A stretch of 64,000 nucleotides of DNA from a virus (taxonomy: Duplodnaviria > Heunggongvirae > Uroviricota > Caudoviricetes). Shown one piece after another: positions 56,742 to 64,000 of the stretch. The DNA is taken from IMG/VR virus record IMGVR_UViG_3300027151_000220; one strand, 5' to 3'. The notes below the pieces were generated by a model. It had not been told where the DNA came from. It made no database searches and saw only the letters and a list, made by a program, of their open reading frames with translations. The stretch's first letter is position 1. Each line of letters starts with the position of its first letter. The position numbers were made by a program, and so were the translations under genes.

Positions 56742-56929
56742 TGACTACATTTACAACTGAAGATAGATTAGTAGCAGAAGCACCTTATCATCCAGGATAT
56801 GAATCTATAGGATTAGAAGAAATTAAGAATCCAATTATGGATGAGGTAAATGAATATCGTGCATATAAAGCACGACATATGAAAACTGCCAAAGGTATTG
56901 TTGAATTTTTAAGGGGTCCAAGATGCTAG
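56726..56929 (+). CDS. hypothetical small protein
   Basis: 67-aa ORF. Confidence 0.25.
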   Translation: MERKIMTTFTTEDRLVAEAPYHPGYESIGLEEIKNPIMDEVNEYRAYKARHMKTAKGIVEFLRGPRC

Positions 56930-57153
56930 AACAATTAAGAGAAGCAGCAGGAATGGGTGGTCCAGCAGCAGCATTGGCGAACGAGTTATTGGTTATTCGT
57001 GAAAATTATGAACAGGGACAGCTATCCAAAGAAGAATATGAGTATTTGGTCAATGAAATCGCTGAAATTCGTGCCCAACAGGAGTTAGCCACAGACGAGG
57101 TAGCCTGTCGTTGGATCGTTGCAGCAGCAAAAGCGTTAATTAGCGTGGCATAA
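56923..57153 (+). CDS. hypothetical small protein
   Basis: 76-aa ORF. Confidence 0.25.
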   Translation: MLEQLREAAGMGGPAAALANELLVIRENYEQGQLSKEEYEYLVNEIAEIRAQQELATDEVACRWIVAAAKALISVA

Positions 57154-57196
57154 TTGCCTAAATAAATGAATAGAAATTACTTTATAGATGGATTAA

Positions 57197-59077
57197 ATGA
57201 AAGATTACAGACAACTAATCAAAGAACTACCGTCCAGTACTATTGTTTGTGCAGTTAGCGAGTTTAACCCTCCTACAATCGGTCACGAACTACTAGTCAA
57301 GACAGTCAAAAAACTGGCAGAACAAAAAAATTCTGACCACGTAATCTATACATCCCCATCTAAGAACAGTATTATCCAAGAAGATAAGAAAGAACATTAT
57401 CTAAATTTAATGTTCCCAAATACTTCTTTTAAAAGTATCACATCTTTATCGGAAACGATTAAAGATTTGTCGCAGAAGTATAAACATGTTGTATTGGTTG
57501 TCGGCAGCGAACAATCAGCCAGCTTGAAAAAAATTGTTAAAGAATCAAGTTCCATTCAGATTATTTCTACTTTAGATAAAGACCCAGATGTAAATTCTTC
57601 AAAGATGAAATCTTTTGCTACTAAAGGAATTTTTGAAGAGTTTAAGAAAAAGTTGCCAAGTTCTGTTCGTGAGTTAGATGGTCGTCGTTTGATGAACGAT
57701 GTCCGTATTACGATGGGTTTAGAACCAATTAAAGAGCAGCTTAATTTGGTCAAAGATACTGTACGTGAACAATATTTCCGTGGTGAAATTTTTAATGTCG
57801 GAGATATCGTTGAATGTAGTGGAGAAAAATTAGCAGTAGTTAAACGTGGCTCAAACCATTTACTACTTAAAGAAGCTAGTGGCAAATTAGTTTCTAAATG
57901 GATACAAGACGTAATACCAACGGAAGAAAAAGAAATGAACGAAGACTTAACAGATAAGACTTTAAAAACCAACGATAAGATTAAAGTTGCTCGAGTAATC
58001 GCAACTATGCTTGGTGTGGATAAAGTTGAGGCAACTGCAAACGCTGAGTTGCTTGTTAATACTGCACTACGCAGAATCAAATCCAAGACTTTGAATCCAG
58101 AAGCATTGAACATTGTTAATAAGATGTTACAACTGGCTAACCAAGTTGGTATTCAATATGACACAAATTTAATTCCACAGAAACTTACTCAAGAAGAAAC
58201 TTCTTTGGATGAAGCAACTCCATATTATAATAAACCTTCTTTCATCAAGAGAATGTCTCGCATGGCGAAACAAGAAAGACAGGAACGTGAGAAAAAAGAA
58301 AAAGAACAGAAGAAAGATGTAAAAGAGAATCACTGCAAACCTGGACATAGTTTAGTTGAACCAGGAGCATCTGAAACTTTACGCAAACAAAAAATTAAAC
58401 AACAATTGGGTGAAGTAGCTCCAGTTGATGTGAGCAAAGTTAATCATGCTGGCGATGAACCACATGATGAAGAATGGGAAGATACTGGTATTTGTCCAGT
58501 ACACAACGTAAAGCATGGCGAAGAAGGATGTGAACACACTAGAGATGTGTTAGAAAAAGAATTAGATCTTACTGATGAAGAAATCGATCACATTATTAAT
58601 ACTACACCAGATGATGAATTCATCGATGAGTATGAAGATGATGAGTTTGGTATTATCGATCCAGATACTGGCGAAGAATATGACGATGAAGAATGTGCTT
58701 GCACAATGCAAGAGCAAGCAATTCTGGAAGTTCTTTCAAGAACAGAACGTATGCGTGCAAGAGTTCGTTTTGCAAAATCTAAGGCTAAGCGTGAACGTAA
58801 AGCATCCATCGCATTAAGAACTCGTGCCACCACTAAGACTACAAACAAACGTGCACGTCGTCTTGCAATTAAGTTAATGAAGAAACGTCTACTCCGTGGT
58901 CGTGACTATAACAAACTTTCAGTTGGAGAGAAAGAGCGTGTAGAAAGAGTTATTCAAAGACGCAAACAAGTTATCGGTCGTGTAGCAATGAAACTTGTTC
59001 CACGTATTCGTGCTGTTGAGAAAGCAAGATTATCACATACAAAATATACTAAAGGATCTGGAAATGTTGCGTTTTAA
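57197..59077 (+). CDS. large CTS-tagged protein with N-terminal HxGH nucleotidyltransferase-like domain and acidic/basic C-terminal half
   Basis: MKDYRQLIKEL leader. IVCAVSEFNPPTIGHELLV is paralogous to 54737 (FGRMNPPTAGHEKLV). C-terminal Cys/His cluster (CPVHNVKHGEEGCEH) and Arg/Lys-rich tail. Confidence 0.5.
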   Translation: MKDYRQLIKELPSSTIVCAVSEFNPPTIGHELLVKTVKKLAEQKNSDHVIYTSPSKNSIIQEDKKEHYLNLMFPNTSFKSITSLSETIKDLSQKYKHVVLVVGSEQSASLKKIVKESSSIQIISTLDKDPDVNSSKMKSFATKGIFEEFKKKLPSSVRELDGRRLMNDVRITMGLEPIKEQLNLVKDTVREQYFRGEIFNVGDIVECSGEKLAVVKRGSNHLLLKEASGKLVSKWIQDVIPTEEKEMNEDLTDKTLKTNDKIKVARVIATMLGVDKVEATANAELLVNTALRRIKSKTLNPEALNIVNKMLQLANQVGIQYDTNLIPQKLTQEETSLDEATPYYNKPSFIKRMSRMAKQERQEREKKEKEQKKDVKENHCKPGHSLVEPGASETLRKQKIKQQLGEVAPVDVSKVNHAGDEPHDEEWEDTGICPVHNVKHGEEGCEHTRDVLEKELDLTDEEIDHIINTTPDDEFIDEYEDDEFGIIDPDTGEEYDDEECACTMQEQAILEVLSRTERMRARVRFAKSKAKRERKASIALRTRATTKTTNKRARRLAIKLMKKRLLRGRDYNKLSVGEKERVERVIQRRKQVIGRVAMKLVPRIRAVEKARLSHTKYTKGSGNVAF

Positions 59078-59561
59078 AGATTACCTTACAGAAGATAATG
59101 CCAAACATGATGAGGCAGAAGAGCATTTATCAAAAGCCAATGACGCTGAATCTAAAGGTGATATGAAGTCATTTCATGCACACATGGCGGATCATCATGA
59201 TGCTATGTCCGAGTGGCATGAGTCGAAGGGTCGTTCGGCATCAGCAGACAAGCATGCTGAAAAGGCAGATGAACACCATGAAAAATCTTTAACTGTTAAA
59301 GAAGCAGCTGTTGATGCAAAAGGATTTAAATCTTCAACTGGTGGCTTGACACAAAAGGGTCGAGATCATTATAACAGAACAGAGGGTGGCAATCTTAAAG
59401 CACCTGTAACAACACCACCATCAAAATTAAAAGCTGGTAGCAAAGCTGCCAATCGTCGCAAGTCTTTCTGTGCCAGAATGTCTGGCGTAGAAGGACCAAT
59501 GAAGAAGCCAAATGGCGAGCCAACTCGTAAAGCATTGGCATTAAGAAAATGGAATTGTTAA
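59064..59561 (+). CDS. His-rich internal head protein candidate with CTS
   Basis: ATG 59064 (ATGTTGCGTTTTAA overlap with the upstream stop) gives MLRFKDYLTEDNAKHDEAEE, a leader like the other CTS proteins. The track start 58995 is an over-extension. Confidence 0.45.
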   Translation: MLRFKDYLTEDNAKHDEAEEHLSKANDAESKGDMKSFHAHMADHHDAMSEWHESKGRSASADKHAEKADEHHEKSLTVKEAAVDAKGFKSSTGGLTQKGRDHYNRTEGGNLKAPVTTPPSKLKAGSKAANRRKSFCARMSGVEGPMKKPNGEPTRKALALRKWNC

Positions 59562-59562
59562 T

Positions 59563-60009
59563 ATGAATGAAACTTTAGTTACTGCGAAAATTTGCTTAGC
59601 AAATACATTCTTAATGTATTTTAAGGCACAATCTTATCATTGGAACTTGGAAGGGATGTTCTTTCCACAGTATCATGAATTTTTTGGCAATCTTTATGAA
59701 GAAATTTATGGAGCAGTTGATCCAATGGCAGAAGAGATGCGTGCGCTTGATGAGTATGCTCCAAAGAATATAGAAGAAATGTATAAAGTTACAACTATCG
59801 ATAATGATAATAACGCTAGTAATGTAACTGAAATGCTGCAAGATTTACAAGAAGCCAACAATAAAACCATCGAGAGCCTAAATAAACTGTTCGATCTATT
59901 ATCGAAAGACAAAGAGCAGGGTTTTGCTGATTTTATTGCTGGAAGATTGGATGCTCACAAGAAACATGGTTGGATGATACGTTCCAGCTTAAAGAAAATT
60001 GGAGAATAA
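59563..60009 (+). CDS. Dps-like ferritin-superfamily protein
   Basis: LANTFLMYFKAQSYHWNLEGMFFPQYHEFFGNLYEEIYGAVDPMAEEMRALDEYAP matches the Dps helix A/B ferroxidase-site pattern (..HWNV.G..F..LH..FEE.Y.E....D..AER...LG). Confidence 0.6.
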   Translation: MNETLVTAKICLANTFLMYFKAQSYHWNLEGMFFPQYHEFFGNLYEEIYGAVDPMAEEMRALDEYAPKNIEEMYKVTTIDNDNNASNVTEMLQDLQEANNKTIESLNKLFDLLSKDKEQGFADFIAGRLDAHKKHGWMIRSSLKKIGE

Positions 60010-60012
60010 TAA

Positions 60013-62442
60013 ATGGCAAAAAAGAAATTTGCAGATTTAGCCAGTGCTTGCTGGAAAGGCTATAAAGCAGTTGGTTTAAAGGATAAGAATGGAAGAAAAG
60101 TTCCTAACTGTGTTCCTGAAGAAACAGAAGTAGCTGACGATATTATCGAAGCTAGAGTGTTTGCAACTTATCAAGATGCGAAAGCTGCTGCAGCACCTGG
60201 ACAAAAACCTAAGTTGAACCCATCAAATAACAAGTATATTTTAGTTTCTGAAGAAACTATTGACGAAGAAGATGATTACTCTAGACGTCATACTGTAGTT
60301 GCTCATGTTTCTGATAATACTGGAACTCCTGCTGATGGTGAGAAGCGTGAAGTTATAAAGAAAGCACTATCTATATTGGCAGCAACTCCAAAGCATGCAG
60401 AGCGTGCTGCAAGAAAACATTTCTCTGACAAAGGATATAAAGTTCATAAAATCTCAGCGAAATTAAAAGAAGAAGTTGAGTTAGAAGAAGCCACAGTAAG
60501 CAAGAAAGATTATTCTTGGGGTAAGATGATGACTGTTCATCACGGCAAAGATATTTCTTATCCTCTACATCCAGAACACCAAAAGATTGTTAAGGGTTTA
60601 CGACCAAGTGGTGAACATTCGAAGGCTATGTATAAAGATGAAACTGGTAATCAAGTTCATGTAACACGTGAAGATGACAAAGTTCATTTTGTTTCTCACA
60701 GAACATCAGGCAGTAAGAAAACTACTGTTGATTACAAACACTTTGATGAATCAGTTCCAGCAAAGAACACTGACATTGCCGATAAGAGTTATTTAAAAGA
60801 TATGGGTAAGAAACCATCTATCAAATCAGATTTGAAAAACTTTAAGAACTTCTTGACAGGTAAGAAAGAAACCAACGAAGAAGTTGAAATAGAAGAAGCT
60901 AGTCAAACTTGGAATCATGCTAAGGTCAAAAAGAATACAGTTCACGGTACATATCATTCATCTTCAATGGATGTTTATGGTAATATGACTGCGCATAAAA
61001 AAGGTTTCAAAACTTCTAAAGAAGCTGACGATCACGGAAAGAGTATTACTGGTAAACGCACTAAAGCGTATCATCCTGGAGAAAGAACTCGTGCAGTTTA
61101 TGTTGATGAGTCAGTTGAACAAGTGGTGGAAGCAGCACCATTCAAAACTAAAGAAGATGCTGTGAAGTATGCTAAAGAAAAAGTTAAAACCCATCGTGAC
61201 AATCTTGATGGTATTGAGATTTATGCTCATAGTGGTGGCTTTGATGTTAACCACACTATGAACGCTAGTGGTCGCAACTCTCTACAAAAGATTAAAGCAA
61301 AACATATTGGAACTATCTACAAAGAAGAAGTTGAAATGGAAGAAGGTTACTACCAAAAGCCAGCATCTGCTTATCGTCGTAAAGGTGACGAGATTGGTGG
61401 TGGTTCTTCTAAGAATAGTGTTCCATTTGATGGTCCATATACAAAGACTAAACCTGTTAAAAACTCAGATGGCACTACTCAATCACCAATGAGTCGTGCA
61501 CGTGAACTTGCTAAACAAGCTATTGCTGCAAAGAGTAAAATCAAAGAAGACGTTGTTGATGAACAAGCTCCAGTTGCTCCAGTTCCAGATAAGAAGTATA
61601 TCAAAGGAACACCTGAGAATAAAGCATACAAAGCAACTAAGAAACCAATCAATGGTCATCCAACTAATAAGGTGTCCTGCGAAGAAGTTGAACAGATCGA
61701 TGAATTAGATCAGAAAACTTTAAAGTCATATGTTAGAAAGAATTTAAAGTCTGGCGATACTAGTGATAAAAGAGATGCGGGGTTGTACACGGCAACCAAT
61801 AAGATTGCCAAAAAACAAGCAACATCAACTCTCGATAAAAAAGTTAAAACCCTTGGTCAGACAAGACCTAGTGAAGTGAAAAACCGATATGAATATGAAG
61901 CATCTCGTTCTGAATTGAAGAACAGAGGTATTCATCATTTCGCAGGTCGCAGAACTAGAACTGAAGAAGTCGAACAAGTTGACGAGAAAGCACCTCCAGG
62001 ATTTGAGGGTACTGTTAAAGCAATGAAGAAGCATAAAGAAATTGATAATCCTTTTGCTCTTGCATGGTATATGAAGAATAAGGGTATGAAGAGTCATAAA
62101 GAAGAAGTGGAACAATTTGACGATAACGGAGAGGTAATAACTAACATGAAAACATATAAAGAGTTTGTAGAATCTCTTGATGAGGTTAAAATGGCTGACT
62201 TACCAGTACGTAAAGTGAGTGGTCGTGGTTATGGTACTGAGTATTATAAGGGTGAAGCCGAAGCAGACAAAAAAGGTTACGACGATGAAGACAAGCCAGC
62301 TAAACCAGCTGCAGAGAAACGTGGTCGTGGTCGTCCAGCAGGTTCTACATCTGGCGCACGTCAGAAGGGAACTATTGCTAAGAGAAAAGGTAGTGGTGTC
62401 GAAATGACAGGCTATCCAGTACACTTGCCTAATTTCAAATAA
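60013..62442 (+). CDS. 809-aa Lys-rich protein built of ~6 tandem divergent repeats each starting EEVE(x)(x)EE/DE
   Basis: Long ORF with SD AAGGAGAA... Repeat anchors at 60469, 60877, 61324, 61681, 61962 and 62101. 18% Lys. Confidence 0.55.
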   Translation: MAKKKFADLASACWKGYKAVGLKDKNGRKVPNCVPEETEVADDIIEARVFATYQDAKAAAAPGQKPKLNPSNNKYILVSEETIDEEDDYSRRHTVVAHVSDNTGTPADGEKREVIKKALSILAATPKHAERAARKHFSDKGYKVHKISAKLKEEVELEEATVSKKDYSWGKMMTVHHGKDISYPLHPEHQKIVKGLRPSGEHSKAMYKDETGNQVHVTREDDKVHFVSHRTSGSKKTTVDYKHFDESVPAKNTDIADKSYLKDMGKKPSIKSDLKNFKNFLTGKKETNEEVEIEEASQTWNHAKVKKNTVHGTYHSSSMDVYGNMTAHKKGFKTSKEADDHGKSITGKRTKAYHPGERTRAVYVDESVEQVVEAAPFKTKEDAVKYAKEKVKTHRDNLDGIEIYAHSGGFDVNHTMNASGRNSLQKIKAKHIGTIYKEEVEMEEGYYQKPASAYRRKGDEIGGGSSKNSVPFDGPYTKTKPVKNSDGTTQSPMSRARELAKQAIAAKSKIKEDVVDEQAPVAPVPDKKYIKGTPENKAYKATKKPINGHPTNKVSCEEVEQIDELDQKTLKSYVRKNLKSGDTSDKRDAGLYTATNKIAKKQATSTLDKKVKTLGQTRPSEVKNRYEYEASRSELKNRGIHHFAGRRTRTEEVEQVDEKAPPGFEGTVKAMKKHKEIDNPFALAWYMKNKGMKSHKEEVEQFDDNGEVITNMKTYKEFVESLDEVKMADLPVRKVSGRGYGTEYYKGEAEADKKGYDDEDKPAKPAAEKRGRGRPAGSTSGARQKGTIAKRKGSGVEMTGYPVHLPNFK
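60469..62140. repeat. intragenic tandem repeats (GAAGAAGTTGAA... anchors) within the 809-aa ORF
   Basis: Six copies of gaagaagt(t/c/g)ga(a/g) followed by an acidic hexapeptide-coding segment, with unit lengths 139-447 nt. Confidence 0.5.
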
Positions 62443-62452
62443 GGAGAATAAA

Positions 62453-62722
62453 ATGGCACTATGGGGAAAAACAGACGCAGCTGGCAGCAAGCCACAATAT
62501 CTAAACACTGCTGGTAAAGCAGCTGTTGAGGGTATCTCTGCAGCAGAAGCAGCAGTCGCAGCAAACAAGGCTAAAGGTGTTGCTCATGCAGGCTGGGTAA
62601 CAACTAATACATACACTGATGCACAAGGTGTAACACGCAACAAGACTGAAGTTCTAGTTGCTATGTCATCAATCACTGGTGATGACAACACTGATGATAC
62701 AACTATCGGTGCTGATGCCTAA
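62453..62722 (+). CDS. hypothetical Ala-rich small protein
   Basis: 89-aa ORF with SD AAGGAGAA. Confidence 0.35.
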   Translation: MALWGKTDAAGSKPQYLNTAGKAAVEGISAAEAAVAANKAKGVAHAGWVTTNTYTDAQGVTRNKTEVLVAMSSITGDDNTDDTTIGADA

Positions 62723-62736
62723 TAAATAAATTGGTT

Positions 62737-62761
62737 GAGGGGAGATTCCTCCCCTCCTTTT
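62737..62761 (+). terminator. rho-independent terminator
   Basis: GAGGGGAG-attc-CTCCCCTC followed by CTTTT. Confidence 0.7.
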
Positions 62762-62774
62762 AGAATGGGTTAGT

Positions 62775-62975
62775 ATGTTAGAGAATATTAAAAGCGAACT
62801 TGAAACACTGAGAGCAGCGCACAAAGAAAAGATGGATTTTCTTACGCAGTTACGCAACACAATGATGCAGACTGAAGCAGAGATTCATCAGATTAATGGT
62901 GCGATGGCAATGTGTGAAAAATTTATGGTTTCGGCAGCAACTGAAAAGAATGATGATGCTCGAAAAATTAAATGA
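62775..62975 (+). CDS. hypothetical coiled-coil protein
   Basis: 66-aa ORF. Confidence 0.3.
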   Translation: MLENIKSELETLRAAHKEKMDFLTQLRNTMMQTEAEIHQINGAMAMCEKFMVSAATEKNDDARKIK

Positions 62976-63333
62976 TGCTAATTTTTTAGTTTATGCCATG
63001 CGACATTATGATAATCCGCAATGTCATAGCATAGCTGAATTTGAAGATGACCTGAAAAAATTTATATACTTGAAAAAATTAATATACAGGTATAAAAATT
63101 CAGGTGAATTAAGAGAGCGATTAATATTAAACCACATTATTGTTTTATACAATATCTTTGGTGAATCAACAACTAAGATGTTGTTTCATAAAATTGAAGA
63201 AGACTTGTGGCCACAACTAATCACTTTCTTAGTTTATCTTAATAGGATGCCAGAGACTATTCCAGAATATGGAATTAATCTTACTGATATTAAATTGGAC
63301 GAAACGATTATCGCAGTATTAAGGAAGATATGA
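62953..63333 (+). CDS. hypothetical protein
   Basis: ATGATG start overlapping the upstream stop. The track start 62896 is an over-extension. Confidence 0.3.
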   Translation: MMLEKLNDANFLVYAMRHYDNPQCHSIAEFEDDLKKFIYLKKLIYRYKNSGELRERLILNHIIVLYNIFGESTTKMLFHKIEEDLWPQLITFLVYLNRMPETIPEYGINLTDIKLDETIIAVLRKI

Positions 63334-63845
63334 GCAGACTAATAGACAACTTGATAGCATATAGAATTTTAACTATGCTTATCAAGCCATTTGATGATAC
63401 GCAAGCATATAAGTTAGGTATCATTGACGCTAAAGGTAAAAACCTTAAGAAGTCCAGCACATTAAAAACTTCTGCAGAAAAAGATGCTTATACTTATTTA
63501 AATCGTCTTGTTTTCAATATGAAAAAGATTATTAACAAACTTCCAGGTGGAGAAAGTAAGTTAAAAAGTCTTGTAGCTGCATTGTTTTTAGTTAAAGAAT
63601 ATTATCAAAGTAATGATAGAACTACATCTTTAATGGAACAAAGATATATTCAGATCTTAGAGATGTTAGAAGATAATGTTTATTTGGTAGAAGAAGAGAT
63701 TTTAGTCAGTAAGTTTTTAAGTGAAGATGCAGTAGCCAATGTTGCTGGTGCTGGTGTAGCCACCGATACTCCTGCTCCATTAAAGAAAGATATTGCTAAA
63801 CATAAACAAATGGCTAGACGTAAACCACCTCTTGAGGCAGCATAA
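63330..63845 (+). CDS. hypothetical protein
   Basis: 171-aa ORF, ATGA overlap. Confidence 0.3.
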   Translation: MSRLIDNLIAYRILTMLIKPFDDTQAYKLGIIDAKGKNLKKSSTLKTSAEKDAYTYLNRLVFNMKKIINKLPGGESKLKSLVAALFLVKEYYQSNDRTTSLMEQRYIQILEMLEDNVYLVEEEILVSKFLSEDAVANVAGAGVATDTPAPLKKDIAKHKQMARRKPPLEAA

Positions 63846-64000
63846 TGTGGTTGTTAAGTTTCCTTCCAGACGCATTACTCGTTTGGATAATTAATGGTGT
63901 ATTACTAGCTGGTATAGTAGGTACAACAGTTTCAGTTTTATTTAAACTTGCTATTCGTTGGATACCTTGGATTATACCTTATCGTACTCTATTGCAGGTA
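63845..64000 (+). CDS. 5' part of a membrane protein gene (continues beyond the window)
   Basis: TAATG overlap. MWLLSFLPDALLVWIINGVLLAGIVGTTVSVLFKLAIRWIPWIIPY is hydrophobic. Confidence 0.3.
   Translation, partial: MWLLSFLPDALLVWIINGVLLAGIVGTTVSVLFKLAIRWIPWIIPYRTLLQV

Noticed and set aside
1-64000. CRISPR arrays, integrases, transposases, tRNA clusters
   Set aside because: No short direct-repeat/spacer arrays, no recombinase or DDE transposase motifs, and no tRNA-like sequences were found.

Overview
This window is a segment of a T4-like (Straboviridae-type) myovirus genome with about 38-40% GC. Every credible gene lies on the + strand, mostly with overlapping stop/start codons (ATGA, TAATG).

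The first ~18 kb is a late structural module in T4 gene order: fiber/baseplate proteins, a fiber with a C-terminal intramolecular-chaperone domain, neck proteins gp13/gp14, gp15, large terminase gp17, tail sheath gp18, tail tube gp19, portal gp20, prohead core gp67/gp68, prohead protease gp21, scaffold gp22 and major capsid protein gp23. It ends in a strong hairpin terminator followed by a TATAAATA late-promoter motif. No small terminase (gp16) lies between gp15 and gp17.

The middle ~33 kb is a DNA-metabolism module: UvsY, UvsW, late sigma factor gp55, an AAA+ ATPase of unknown role, gp47/gp46 (SbcCD-like), a CobT/CobS-like VWA + MoxR-ATPase pair, an SPFH lipoprotein, sliding clamp gp45, a 2OG-Fe(II) oxygenase, clamp loader gp44/gp62, RegA, a small heat-shock protein Hsp20, a MazG-like protein, DNA ligase, DexA, DNA polymerase gp43, a cupin-like protein, UvsX and helicase gp41. 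Downstream of gp41 sit a TET/JBP-like 2OG-Fe(II) dioxygenase and a beta-glucosyltransferase-like gene, which I read as a candidate DNA base hypermodification pair.

The last ~10 kb (53.5-62.4 kb) is unusual. It holds a cluster of paralogous His/Lys-rich proteins that all begin with a T4-like capsid-targeting sequence (MKxFKSFL..E). Two of them carry cytidylyltransferase-fold nucleotidyltransferase motifs (HxGH, ISxTxxR). These are followed by a Dps/ferritin-like protein and an 809-aa Lys-rich tandem-repeat protein.

Intergenic regions contain a recurring cassette: an AACCCTAC...GTAGGGTT hairpin plus a sigma70-like early promoter (TTTACA/TTGACA-AATAAT-N-TATAAT). A ~200-nt highly structured non-coding region lies upstream of the hsp20 operon. 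No tRNAs, CRISPR arrays or transposable elements were recognised.
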